Shown one piece after another: positions 1 through 12,120 of a stretch of DNA of 64,000 bases (position 1 is the first letter of the stretch; each line of letters begins with the position of its first letter). Under the pieces are notes generated by a model. That model made no database searches. It was not told the DNA's origin and worked only from the letters and a program-made list of their open reading frames with translations. The DNA comes from Basidiobolus meristosporus CBS 931.73 (lineage: Eukaryota; Fungi; Basidiobolomycota), in the NCBI GenBank assembly GCA_002104905.1, contig MCFE01000273.1, positions 1 through 64,000 on the forward strand. The letters run 5' to 3'. A program made the position numbers and the translations under genes.

Positions 1-479
1 AGGTAGTAGTGGGTAAGCAAATAAAGAGGGGTGATTCTACAGTGGAATATATGATTTGCACAAAGGGAGGTAGAAAAAGGAAATACCATTTGGTAAATTG
101 GTATGGTAGTATTGTACAGAACCAGCTGTAGGCTGCCATACTTTAGATATGATGCCATCAGAGTTTTGCTGTGAGGCAATTGAACTACCATAAAGTCTCT
201 TGCAATATAAGGCAATTGGATGTCCTGGCCATTAGCTCCATTTAATATAGTTGTAGAGCGCAATAAGACTGCAACAATACCATGCAAATATTGTCACAGC
301 ACCAATAAATATTGTCAAGCTTTATCCCTTTATTTGGTAGTTAAATTGGCAAAACATTGTTGTGATCCCATCATAAGATTGTTAAGAGGGTCACTAATTC
401 CAAGCTGCTGGTATTACAACAGTCTTTTAACAGGATTCTGATGGCTGATCCGGATTGGATTCACCTGTGTAGGGTATGT

Positions 480-2138
480 TGTAGCCTTGTCTGTCAGTGG
501 GATCTCCACTCTGTCAGCAATGGAAGATATGAAGGCTGTGGTAGACAAATTGTCCTTTTCTGCAAAGTCATCTACCTTGCGTGAGTGTAGCTCAACTGGC
601 TACGCTTCCAGCTTTTGTGAAAACCGCTGTTTTCTTGTTGGTAATTCTTCTGGGCTTTGCAGAGATTCAGTTGTTCCAGGCTTGCAATATTGATTAGCAA
701 GAATTGCAGTTTTTTTTGCGTGCTTCCCTGTCTCAGGCTTAGGTAGACATTTTTCCCTTGACTTTTTCATTTATTGCTGACAGGTCTTTCACTGCTACTT
801 TGTCTGAGTGCTTCTTGTAATGAACTACATTATCCTGTGGATAAATTCTGCTCTAATGTATCTGATTTGGCCTGCTTGTCCCTTATTTGCACTCTACTGA
901 CAAATTGATGGTTCTTTACCGCTTGTTTTGAGCTTCCAGCTGTAGTTGTGACAGGCTCCTGAGAAAGCTACTGGTTTTTAGCACTGCCAGGTCCTTCACT
1001 ACTACTTTGACTGAGTGCTTCTTGAGTAGTACTCCACTGTTTCCTTGATGAATGTTGTGCTGGTGCATTTGTGTCTGCCTGTTTGTTCCTTATTGGCACT
1101 GTTCCAGCTACCTGACATCTTTTTGATGCTTGTGTGGGGCTTTTGCACCAGCTTGTAACAAGCTCTTGAGGAAGTTACTGACTTTTAAGCATGGCACCCT
1201 TGTCCTTCTGCCTTTGACAGTTTCTGCTATTCTCATGATACTATCCTAGCATACCAATGCTGGCCCAAAATTCACTTGCTTGTTTGAGTCCAGGATAATG
1301 CTCATAGATCAAGTCAAGCACATTCTGCTTGGCCTTGAGTTGCTGATGGTCCCATGGTATGCCAGCCCTGAGGTGATGGTGTGCTAGACTTCTGATGGCC
1401 TCTTGAAAATTGGCCCGCTCTTCATTTTTGAACTCAATGGCTTCACTGATCTTCAATGTCTTTTGATTTTTCAGCTTTAGTATAAGCGCCACATTGTCAC
1501 CCTCCCATACTGTTATAGGTCTTTTGGTGGGCTTTATCTTTGGGCACTGTTGTTGTGCTTGAATGACTGTACAGTGTTATTCTGCTGTTACATTGGAAAT
1601 GGCTCAATTCTTGGCAGTAACATTCAGCTACCTCAGTTCCTTCTTTGCAGCACAGATATTACTTTCTCTACCTGGGATATTGATTGCTCTACACATAGTA
1701 TCTGCTCATCCAGTTTCTGGACTATTTACTGATTTCTCTGGGCCATTGCATCTATCCTATCAGCCACTGCACCTAATTGCCTCATTGATGCTTTGGTTGG
1801 AGCTGACAACATAATTGCTATTATGGATGGTTGTGATGTCATGACAGCCACTTGCTAGTCTTCAACATAAGGTACTGCATTTTCTACACCCTCATCTGCC
1901 AGAGCATAACAGTCAGCTTGCAGCTCTGCAGAGGTTCTCAATTGCCTACTTGACTGAGAGCCTGAGCAGGCTACATTAATCCCTTCAGTGGGCACACTGC
2001 CAACATGGCCTTTTTGGATGTAGCCCTGCTTGTTGCACTGAATGTGAAAGCAAGCTGTTGTCCATCCATTCTTCTACTGCTGCAAGTTGTGAGGCTTTGT
2101 TGAGAACCAGATGGCTTTGCTTTATTTTTTGGCAGCAT
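480..2138 (-). pseudogene. Partner ORF2 of the CACTA-like unit (unknown function), disrupted by stops
   Basis: ATG at 2138; fragment 1241-1492 (AIRSLAHHHLRAGIPWDHQQLKAKQNVLDLIYEHYPGLKQASEFWASIGML) is conserved in copies at 42527-43030 and 58272-58523; 3' boundary approximate. Confidence 0.6.
772..1185. repeat. 207-bp (69-codon) imperfect tandem duplication inside ORF2
   Basis: CAGGTC(T/C)TTCACT motif recurs with GG at 783 and 990 (period 207); same period at 57814/58021. Confidence 0.75.
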
Positions 2139-2515
2139 ATATATGGAAGTGAGTCAAACCAAAGGAGAAATAGTGTCACATATACATGTGAATATGGTGC
2201 CACAACTTTATTTATAATGCTTACTATTGCAGGTAATCATTGAATCTTACATTCATGCTGGTGCAATGTCTCAAATACAAGACTGTCTTAAATTCAATAC
2301 AAGTATTGACCACAAAGTGATGTAATAGCTTTATACTTGTTCCATTGGATAGTGCCGCATAGTGCCAGCCTGTTTATGGTGCCGGATTGATCTGGCACTC
2401 TACGGCACTATCTGGCACTATAATTTCTATCATGATGCCAGTGGTATGATACAGTTACTGGTAATTTTACTCAATCTTACTTATGTTGCTCAGAATAGTG
2501 CTTTCCTTGCTTTAT

Positions 2516-2864
2516 TTACTCCTCATAATGCTCAGACACATTTCTCTCAGTGGATGTCTTCTTGTATGAACATACTGTGCATTAATAAGTATCTTAACTA
2601 TTTTACCTATTCTGCTGCTTTCTCCTATATATGACTTTCCTCTGTATTTACCTGCCAATATGCTGAATCTCTTCAGATATCCAAATGTGTGCTCTACCCT
2701 CACTCTGAAATGATTAAATATCTCATTGTAGAGCTTCTGCTTCCTGCTAAGCACATCATTCCTTGACTTCCTATAAGCTGTAATACATCCTAATCTCTTA
2801 CAATCCTCTCCTATATATGCTAAGTCTGCCATACATTTCTCCCCTCAACTGAATTCAGGATGAT
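2516..2864 (-). pseudogene. H1 transposase, 3' part (split by the Gypsy insertion; 1-bp deletion near the end)
   Basis: ADLAY...NHFRVRVEHTFGYLKRFSIL, matching the C-terminal half of 59412-60296. Confidence 0.9.
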
Positions 2865-3561
2865 TGTTGTGCATCAACATTTAAAACTTTGCCAATTTTA
2901 CTCTGTTTGAAAATCTAGTACCCTAACTGATTTTCCCTAACCCAAACATAACAAATCCCAGTTACAGTTTATTTGATCCCACCTCAGTATCTATTTTTAG
3001 CTATCACACCTGATCTATTTTCAAATGGTCATCACGTTATCAACCTATCTGCCAAGCCTTCCCAGGTGATTAGTCATCTGAGATCTATCCAACCACTGTG
3101 CAGTTGCCAAGACATCAGTTGATTAATGATGTAATTTTCATTTATCTTATGCACCTAAGAACACCCAAATTGATTTCAATCAATCCAGTCCCTTGGCGCT
3201 TACTAATTCAACTTGATCAGAAAAGTATAAATAAAGTGTACTGAACCTTTTGGTTTAGTGTGTGTCTCAACAAAATTAACATTCTGTCTCAACAAAAATA
3301 AGAATCCAACAATTCCGTTCTAGTTTCTATCCAAGCCTAGTATATCTAGCACTCCAAAGAACACCAAGCCTAGCCTGCCTAGCAAACAAATATCATTGCC
3401 TTTATAGCCAACCCAGCTATATCCAAGACCAATATTAGATCAGAATCTTTCTGCTAATATTTCCGCCACTCTCTGACAATTCTAAGATTCTGCACTTAAT
3501 TGTCCCTTTGGTTCAGTTAAACCATTCAAGAGTTTTATTACACTTTCTCTTGGATACAACA
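2865..3561 (+). repeat. G1 5' LTR (697 bp)
   Basis: TGTTGTGCATC...GGATACAACA; about 9 differences from the 3' LTR by eye; TATAAA at 3226. Confidence 0.97.
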
Positions 3562-3601
3562 TTTTTTTCGTTGAATTCCATTGCATTCAGCCGATTAGAA
3601 G

Positions 3602-5035
3602 ATGTCCTCAGCAGCAAGCAATCCAAACCTTTCCATGTTGGAAGAAGCCAGAAGAAATCAGGAAGAACTTACTGAGCAGCTTGAAAACATCATGCTTGAA
3701 AGAAATACCATGATGATTGAGCACTCAAAGCTTGCCAAAACAAGATCTGATAATCACCGTAGAGATGAACTCCTTGAAGTTATATCCGGTTACCAAGATG
3801 AAATTGGAATAATCAAGGAAGCACTGGAGAATGTTGCCATAGTAATTGACAGCATTGAAAATCCACCAAGCCTTGCTCTGCATCAGCCACCAAGAAGTCA
3901 TGCCTTTGAATCCTCCAGATCTACATCTCCTTCTAGACCTGCCCCGGTGGTTGTCCCAAGATCTTTGCCTGTTTATGCTGAAGGCACCAATGCCATCAAG
4001 AATCCAACTGAGTTTCTTTACAAGTTTAGTCACGTCTTAGCTGCACACCAGCTAGACCCTGACACCAACTGGGCTAGACTTCTGCCTCTCTGTCTCACAA
4101 TGCAAGTTGCTGACTGGGTTGAAGTGAACATTCCTTCCAATAGTACGTGGAAAATTGCCCAAAACCTCTTTTGCAGCCATTTTGAAGATCCTCTCAAGAA
4201 AGCACATCTGAACTGCGACTTATGGAAAACTAAAATGCAAAAAGGTGAATCTGTGCAACACTTCTGTGATAGATTCCAAAGACAAATGAGATTAGCTGGA
4301 GTTAGTGATGATAATCCATTGCTTACTGCTCATTTTCTTTCAAACTTTTCACACCAGCTACAGAGCAATATTGCTATTGTCAAAGCATGCAACCCTGCAC
4401 GTACCTATGACCAGATCTCAGAGATATGTACACTGGCAATCACCTTGACTGCAGCTGTTAGCCAGACTTCAGGCAGCTCATCCCAATATCCCACAACAGC
4501 CGGAAAAGAGACCAGTCATGTGACCAAGAAGCAGTCAACCGCTACAAAGCACTGTGAGCTTCATGGAAAATGCTATCATTCTACCAGTGAATGCAAAGGC
4601 ATCACCAAGCAGTCAAACAAGTCAGGAAACACCGCAGAAAAGCAGCAAAACACCAAAACTGATAATCCATATGCTGATGACAAGTGCTTTAAATGTGGAA
4701 ATAGGGGACATAGATCACCTGCCTGTCCTGATAAGAACTCCACACCATCAGCCAAAATTACCCAGATCCTTGATGATCATTCAGCCAATGATACAATGGG
4801 GTATGAAGAAGCATATGAAGAACTTACAGTTCAAGATTATCACAACCTCTTTGAGTTTCCGGCCAAAATTGCAACTGTCAAAGAAAAGAAGCAACCAATC
4901 ACACAGCTCAAAGCCATAGAAGTGCCACTCACCCTCAATGGCCAATCATATGTAGCACTACTGGATACTGGATCATCCAACTCTATTGTATCACCCAATG
5001 TAGTCAGAGAACTCAATTTGGAGATAGAAAAATGA
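3602..5035 (+). pseudogene. gag: G1 Gag plus aspartic protease N-part (premature TGA at 5033)
   Basis: CCHC knuckle CFKCGNRGHRSPAC; protease VALLDTGSSNSIV. Confidence 0.9.
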
Positions 5036-5265
5036 CCAGGAAAAATCATTCTTGCAGCTAAGGATCTCTCAGCCCCAAGAATTGGCATTACCAACCCAAT
5101 CAACATACATTGTGGCTCAGTAACCATAATCCATCAGATGGAAGTGATTGACATACCAGATGGACCTCAGGTAGTCATTGGTCTGGACACCTTCACCAAA
5201 CTTGGCTTTCACATAGGCAGACTACCGGTTCCTATCCAGGAATCACTAAATCTCAGCCGCTCATA

Positions 5266-5991
5266 ATGGATCAAATCCCAGAGATTATCTCATCCCAACC
5301 GGAAGAAGAAGAGTTAACCCCAACTTTTCAAGAATATTCTCAATCAGTCAAATTAGATATTCAGCCAGCCATAGAGAGAAATCAGGCCATTCCAAGCAAC
5401 AGCTTCTGCACCATCCCAGAATCCATTGTTACACTAGAGACCCCACCTGGTGAGTCAACATGGAGGAGGCAATACCCAATTCCGCATTCATGTCAACACT
5501 TAGTTGATGAGATAGTCCAAAAATGGGCTGACAATGGAATTATCACTCAAGCCCCTGTCAACACAACATTCAACAGCCCTTTGACGCTTGCACCAAAGAA
5601 AGATGCTGATGGAAATCTAACCCTGAAGAGACCCTGCTTGGACCCCAGACCTCTGAACAAGCTTCTCCAAGATGACAAGTTTCCAATTCCAAGAATCCAA
5701 GATATCTTTTCCGCACTATCAGGAGCAAAAGTATTCTCCAAGTTGGACTTGAAGGATGCATATCACCGATTCCAGATCCATCCTGATCATCAGCATAAGA
5801 CTGCCTTTACTTGGAATAATATGCAATGGATGTTTCAGGGAGCTCCCTTTGGCCTAAAGACACTTACCAGCAAGTTTCAGAGAGTCATGACTATAATACT
5901 CAAAAATGCACCATACGCATTGGTATTTGTTGATGATGTCATCATATTCTCCACTAACGTGATGATCATGCAACCCATGTCACTGATGTAA
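5266..5991 (+). pseudogene. pol: G1 reverse transcriptase (frameshifted near 5960)
   Basis: RPCLDPRPLN, FSKLDLKDAYHRF, PFGLKT, FVDDVII. Confidence 0.93.
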
Positions 5992-6209
5992 TCAACAGAC
6001 TGACAACTGCTGGACTGATTCTCAATGCTGAAAAGTGCAGTTTTGCCCGCCTCAAAATCAATCTACTTGGATTTATAGTCACACCGGCTGGCCACCAATT
6101 AGATCCTTTCAAACTGGTCAATATCCCAGAATGGCCAAAACCCACTAGCGCCAAGCAACTTCAACATTATCTTGGAGTATTCAACTATTTCAGGGAACAC
6201 ATACCACTC

Positions 6210-8084
6210 ATGTCCTCATTGAGTGCCCCATTAGATGCATTACGCCATAGCCCTGATCTCACCTCAGCCTGGAACAAGACTCATGACCAAGCCTTTGAGT
6301 CACTCTGCCAACTGCTTCCACAAGCACCCACCTTATCCTACCCAGACTTTACTAAGCCCTTTGTTGTTGCTACAGATGCATCTAATGTTGGGTTAGGGGC
6401 AGTCCTCTATCAAGATGAAGACCAAAATCCACCTCACTGGATCTCTTTCCAAGCCAGGTCCCTACAACCTGCTGAGAGAAACTACTCTGCTACCAAGAAG
6501 GAGCTACTTGCCATAGTCTTTGCCTTGAAGAAGTTTCATCAGTATCTATGGGGTAATCCTTTTACCTTGTACACTGACCACCGAGCCCTTGTCTATATCC
6601 ACACTCAGAAGACTCTGACTCCAATGCTTACCAACTGGCTTGATACTCTACTTGATTATGAATATACAGTTATTCATTGCCCAGGAATTCTCAATATCCT
6701 TCCTGACCACCTGTCAAGACTTTTTCCAACTTCACCTTGGGAGGGACATGTGATTACTGATGTAATCAGTAAACTCTCTACAACTTCCAAAATAATTCCT
6801 CAACTGGATTCAGCAACTTGGAAAATCCCACCTAAAGAACAAAGGAAAACATTGATACAGAGGAGTCATTTACTTGGCCACTTTAGAGCTGACACACTTA
6901 TGAAGAAGCTACGCTCTGATGGATATCACTGGCCAAATATCAAAGTTGACTGCTTAGAATTTGTCAAGTTGTGCAGAGAATGTCAACTTTACAATATCAG
7001 CTGCCATGGATTTCACCCTTTGAGCCCCATCCATGCAAGCCTTCCTATGGATCATATTGCAATTGATCTAGCTGGACCTTTCACCACTAGTGATGATGGT
7101 AATCACTACCTCTTTGTAATTGTGGATGTCTGCACATGTTTTGTCTTCCTCAAAGCCATCCCAGACAAGTATGCGGCCACTATTGCACAAGAACTATTCA
7201 AGCTCTTCTGCCTTTTTGGATTCCCTAAGGTCATTCAATCGGTTAATGGAACAGAATTTGTGAATCACGTGATCAAAGCCCTTTGCCAGAATAGCGCCAT
7301 TGATCATTGTCTGATCACTCCATATCATCCCAAAGCTAATGGACTGGCTGAAAGACATGTTCAGACCTCAGTGAACATCATCAGGAAATCTATCAAAGGT
7401 ATCAAGAAGAATTGGGACAAGTACATTCCAACTGTACAGTATGCTATCAACACCAAAATTGCCGCTCTACATGGATCAACCCCATTTTCCTTGATGTTTG
7501 GAAGAAGATACAACCACTTTGGAGACTACCAGAATACAGAGTTAGCAAGTTTGAATACAGATAAGCTAAAGAACCGGCTTGAGTACCTTACCAACATTGT
7601 CTACCCTGCTATCAGTGCCAGAAGTAAGGCCTCTCAGCAAAAGATGACTTCAACATACGCCTCAAGACACAGGAACAGCAGCTTCCCAGATGGGTCATAT
7701 GTCTTGACACTAGATCCAATCCAGCAATCTAAGCTTGACCCCAAGTATGAAGGACCATTCAAGGTTGTCAGACGCACTACTGGAGGATCTTATGTACTTC
7801 AAGATAACACTGGAGCACTGCTACCCAAAAACTTTCCACCTTCCTCACTCAAACTTATTTCTCAAGACCCAGTAACTTCAGAATCCTATGAAGTTGAAGC
7901 TATTTTGGACCATGATGGAGAAGAACCAAATTGCCTTTATTTAGTCAAGTGGAAAGGCTATGATGCCAAACACAACACCTGGGAACCTTACACCAACTTT
8001 GATGATGTTGCCATTATCAATCAGTATTGGAGCTGCAGAGGAACCCAGAAGGTATCAAAAAACTCCTCTTCCGGAAGGAAGTGA
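6210..8084 (+). pseudogene. pol: G1 RNase H, integrase and chromodomain
   Basis: TDASNVGLGAVL, YTDHRAL, HHCC zinc finger, IAIDLAGPF, YEGPFKV, chromodomain YEVEAILDH...YLVKWKGYDAKHNTWEP. Confidence 0.95.
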
Positions 8085-8780
8085 TGTTGTGCATCAACAT
8101 TTAAACTTTGCCAATTTTACTCTGTTTGAAAATCTAGTACCCTAACTGATTTTCCCTAACCCAAACATAACAAATCCCAGTTACAGTTTATTTGATCCCA
8201 CCTCAGAATCTATTTTTAGCTATCACACCTGATCTATTTTCAAATGGTCATTACGTTATCAACCTATCTGCCAAGCCTTCCCAGGTGATTAGTCATCTGA
8301 GATCTATCCAACCACTGTGCAGTTGCCAAGACATCAGTTGATTGATGATGTAATTTTCATTTATCTTATGCACCTAAGAACACCCAAATTGATTTCAATC
8401 AATCCAGTCCCTTGGTGCTTACTAATTCAACTTGATCAGAAAAGTATAAATAAAGTGTACTGAACCTTTTGGTTTAGTGTGTGTCTCAACAAAATTAAGA
8501 TTCTGTCTCAACAAAAATAAGAATCCAACAATTCCGTTCTAGTTTCTATCCAAGCCTAGTATATCTAGCACTCCAAAGAACACCAAGCCTAGCCTGCCTA
8601 GTAAACAAATATCATTGGCTTTATAGCCAACCCAGCTATATCCAAGACCAATATTAGATCAGAATCTTTCTGCTAATATTTCCGCTACTCTCTGACAATT
8701 CTAAGATTCTGCACTTAATTGTCCCTTTGGTTCAGTTAAACCATTCAAGAGTTTTATTACACTTTCTCTTGGATACAACA
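8085..8780 (+). repeat. G1 3' LTR (696 bp), preceded by a purine-rich tract GGAAGGAAGTGA
   Basis: Near-identical to 2865-3561. Confidence 0.97.
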
Positions 8781-9320
8781 ATGATTCTCTACCCGGAGTG
8801 CTTTGTCATGCCTACTTCCAGCAAATGGCCCACTAAACCAGATGATGTCACCCTCTATGTCAGACAGTGCTTGAAACTTCACACAGTGTGCCTTGTACTT
8901 GCCTGAATAAATGTGCCTCTGCCCTCTAGAAGGTCTGTTAATCCTCACTGGGAAGGTATCCAAAATACTCCTGATATGGAACCTGTTGCTGAACACTCTG
9001 GGATATGGAAGTCTATTGGAACTTCTGAACCTAGTATTCCAAGCTTGCTCTAAGTCATTCATACCCTCTGCAAGGTGGTTCTCTATTGCTGTCAGCTGGG
9101 AACAAAAGCTTCTAGGACTTTTGTTGCCATGGATGGTGGGATGAAACCTTGTAGGGCAATAGTTCTTGTAATAGCAGAGAAGCTTAACAAGGGATCTCCT
9201 TGAGTAGATTGGGGTTGATGGTCCACAGTACTTGGAATAGATCTCCTCTAGTGTGTCAAAAGGAAATCCAGTGGTAGTGATGGGATTGATGGGAAAAGAC
9301 CATTCAGATGAGTAAGTCAT
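8781..9320 (-). pseudogene. H1 transposase, 5' part
   Basis: ILDTFPVRINRP, YSGKYKAHCVKFQ, GSRHD; matches the N-terminal part of 59412-60296. Confidence 0.92.
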
Positions 9321-9679
9321 ATTAAAATTGGTGGATGATTGAATGGAGGTGGTTTGAATTGATTTGGCGCAATCTGCATTATTTATCTGATTTTTAATAC
9401 ATTATGGTTAAATCTCCATCAATTGCCATGTATCCCATCATTATGTTGCAAAAATAATCCGCAAACAATGCCTTGATACTTTTATTGATGCTTTAATCAT
9501 AGATCTATAATCAAATAGGAAATCTGCAATTGATGTGATCTGATCCATGTCAACGCAATCCAAGATGCATCATGCATAATATATGGAAAATTCAACAATC
9601 ACATTAGTTTTCATATATAGTTCATATAAGACCAGGTTGATGCCAATATACTGCTGTATAAGTATCTAAAACTGTTGCT

Positions 9680-10912
9680 ATGGTCCCCATACCAAGCCTC
9701 AACTCATCTTTAGTACAACCTAGACAAAACCCATCCCCCAGCTCTCAAGCATGGTCTGGACCGGAAAAGTCAATGTTGGATCCGTTTGAGCTTTTGCCAA
9801 ATGATTTTAGTATGGCCCAAGTGTCTATGATGAGCCTTCATACAGATATTTGGGCACTACTGATTAATCTAGCAGAACTAGATACCTCAGAGAGTCAACA
9901 AAGATGAAAGAATTTGAGTAGAAAGCGGTGGCATGAGTTCTACATCAAGATGCCAGCCAATGTATGTAAGAAGATATATCACAAGACAAGTATTGAAATC
10001 AAGAATGAGCTGAGAGTAAGGGGATTTGACAAAGAAGCTGCGTGGGAACAATTTTGCGTGCAATTTGCACAGTACAGGCCGGACACATCCGTTCGTGCCT
10101 CAACTTTGGGAACCAAAGAGATTTTGAATGAGTTTCTGCCTCAAATGACTAATGTACTAAGCAATATATTAGTAGAGCTAAGTGGCTTCCTAGAGCAATA
10201 TACACAGGACTCATCCAGGCAACAGGTCCAAAGTATCAGACAGAGGGTAAGTGAATACCTTGAGGAATCAGATGGTGAGCTTCAGGAGGAAGAATACAGA
10301 CCGCAAGCAACATTGTCCAGATTGCACCAGCACACCTTGCTGGATTCCCTACCATCTCTTGCAACCACAGCATGCTGGCACACGTCAGTCCAGACCACGC
10401 CAACACCCTTTACCAGAACACCCTGCATCAAGTCAATGCGCATGCTTCAGAGCAAAACTACAAGAACTCACCAAACTGCTCATTTAGACACAAGTCCATT
10501 GGAGCAGACCAAGTCACGTCAACATGCAGCATCACATCAAACTCAACCAAGGGCCATCTCAATGCGTCAAGGCGCACCTGTGCATGCCGTTTTGCCTGAC
10601 CATCAGCAAGTTACTTCTGGTGAACTGACTGATGATGACCAACATGAAGTGCCTCAGCCACCGGAGCCCTTGGCAAGTAAAAGAACGCGTCAGCGCATGG
10701 CACTACAGGCCGGTTTAGTTGGTTCAGTTGGAGCAATTCAGCACGGCCAAGCTGCAGCATTGCACTCATCAACTAGGAGGCAAAATACTGACTACAAAAA
10801 CACAAGTAGCCAAGATGATAGTCAGCCAGGAAGTAGTATAGGTGTGCAAAGTGAGTCACTACCAAATGCTTCAGTAGTAATCCCTGTGAGAAAAAAACCC
10901 AGGAGAAGATGA
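9680..10912 (+). pseudogene. H1 ORF2, about 410 codons, putative Myb/SANT-like DNA-binding protein; one TGG-to-TGA stop at 9905
   Basis: 9680-9907 and 9914-10912 are in frame; copy H2 has TGG at that codon; DIWALL...QRWxNLSRK resembles the Myb/SANT-like helix; basic C-terminus PVRKKPRRR. Confidence 0.6.
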
Positions 10913-11643
10913 TTTGATTGCTTTGAATTGCTCAGATTTGTAATGATCCCAACAACCCATTTTTTTTGCAATCCAAATTGAGCCATTGCAAATCAGTGAT
11001 CATCAAATTTTTGATATAAGTAATATCAAGGTTGTCTCAGATTTGAGACAGAACCCCTATAAATAAACACCCTGCTTATATATACTTCATCTGTAATACC
11101 AGTGCAGCTATTGAATCTGTTTTGCACCTACACAATTGCTGGCATGCTAGCTATGACACCTTGTCCAATCACTAGGATCAGGGATTTAATTGCTCAATGG
11201 GCAAAATGGGATATTTGATGGCAAATCAGGTAGCTTTTTCAGTAGTCAATGAGCCAATTGGGGGCTGCCAGCTTCAGGATACTTTTGGACCAATGAACCA
11301 CTGAGATACCGTTCAATTGGAGTGAGGGTAACCAAAATGGTAGTTCATAGTGTGACACACATTTATTTCCATTTACATTAAAGAAACATATCCAAGTACC
11401 GGATTTTACCTGCCATAATAGCGGTATCCAATTGCGCACGTGATGCAAACATTATGAGTTGGTGCAATCATCCGTGCCAACCTCATTGTGTCAGATTGTG
11501 CCATAGTATGCAAGATTGTCCCGCATAGTGCTAAATCATCCAAGAACAATCCTGCCTTCTGGTAGCTTTAATATTGCGCCCAATTGTTCTTTACAACCAC
11601 AGATTGTGCTGTGCGCCCTGGCACTGTACAATGGAACAAGTCT

Positions 11644-11740
11644 ATTAAGTTGTTGAAGGTCAAACTGCTTGCCACATGGACAAGACTACTTTGATTCAAC
11701 ACTCTAAGAGGAGAAAAAAAGAGAATGTAGCTATTGTAGC
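11644..11740 (+). mobile_element. U1 resumes: spacer end and start of the CACTA-like transposase, cut by Copia B1
   Basis: ATTAAGTTGTTGAAGGTCAAACTG... matches 44403-44500. Confidence 0.8.
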
Positions 11741-12089
11741 TGTTGTAAAAATTTGTAATTCCACCTGAATATTCACCTAACTTAGTCACTTAGATCATTA
11801 GCTTCAAATCCTAGAGAATACTGACCAAATTCCTTGTTGGGATTTACTTAGAATATTTTCACCAAAATACCAGGGACCCAGAACATGAAAATTCTCAAAG
11901 TTGTCCAAACAGCCCCAAACTTTGCACACATGTTCTCGGGACCTTTCTTAACCTATCCCACATGTTTGTAATGCCAAAACCAGGTAAAAGTATAAATACT
12001 ACTTTTACATTCAATAAATCATTACGTGAAAACCACATAATCTACTTGTTCTCCCAATCACTTCCAATATCTCCAAGACTCTTACAACA
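11741..12089 (+). repeat. Copia B1 5' LTR (349 bp)
   Basis: TGTTGTAAAA...CTTACAACA; reverse complement of the LTRs at 45621-45969 and 49954-50301. Confidence 0.93.
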
Positions 12090-12120
12090 GGTTCTGAGCC
12101 CCAAGCTGTCTCTCTCTGCA

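Larger units (their letters stand above)
1..2332 (+). mobile_element. CACTA/EnSpm-like unit U1 (left part): transposase 3' end, partner ORF2 (minus strand), intergenic spacer; runs off the window start
   Basis: Collinear and highly similar to 57012-59364, where it follows a recognisable Tnp2-family transposase; interrupted at 2333 by the Harbinger-like element. Confidence 0.8.
2865..8780 (+). mobile_element. Ty3/Gypsy chromovirus G1, full length, degenerate
   Basis: TG...CA LTR pair, 5-bp TSD ATGAT (2860-2864 and 8781-8785; single ATGAT in the uninterrupted copy near 59757), gag-PR-RT-RH-IN-chromodomain order. Confidence 0.97.
2333..11643. mobile_element. PIF/Harbinger-superfamily DNA transposon H1 (about 3.4 kb without the nested Gypsy)
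   Basis: TIRs A(T)ACTTGTTCCATTGGATAGTGCC at 2333 and GGCACTGTACAATGGAACAAGTCT at 11620-11643; flanks TTT/ATT; empty site with a single ATT at 44403-44405; DDE_Tnp_4 gene plus divergent second ORF; subterminal GGCACTAT repeats. Confidence 0.9.

Noticed and set aside
2351-2420. GGCACTAT / ATAGTGCC repeats as a CRISPR-like array
   Set aside because: 8-bp motifs in both orientations with irregular short spacing; they fit subterminal transposon binding sites
3725-4033. Antisense and alternative-frame ORFs over retroelement genes (for example 3725-4033, 25672-25989, 34630-34965, 35878-36192)
   Set aside because: Shadow ORFs of real coding frames; they recur only because the parent element is repeated
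5033-5266. Programmed readthrough or frameshift between G1 gag-PR and RT
   Set aside because: The TGA falls inside the protease and only one decayed copy is available; simple mutation explains it
8757-8780. C-terminus CCIQEKV of the ORF at 8757-9320
   Set aside because: Read-through of the split transposase into the G1 LTR, not a real protein end
11239-11448. 69-aa minus-strand ORF in the H right end as a third gene
   Set aside because: The H2 copy has stops and an insertion in this frame; no recognisable motif
11962-12120. N-terminal extension of Copia gag predicted by the ORF track (also 49924-49997)
   Set aside because: It starts inside the LTR and crosses the PBS; the likely start is MSTTAITG at 12121
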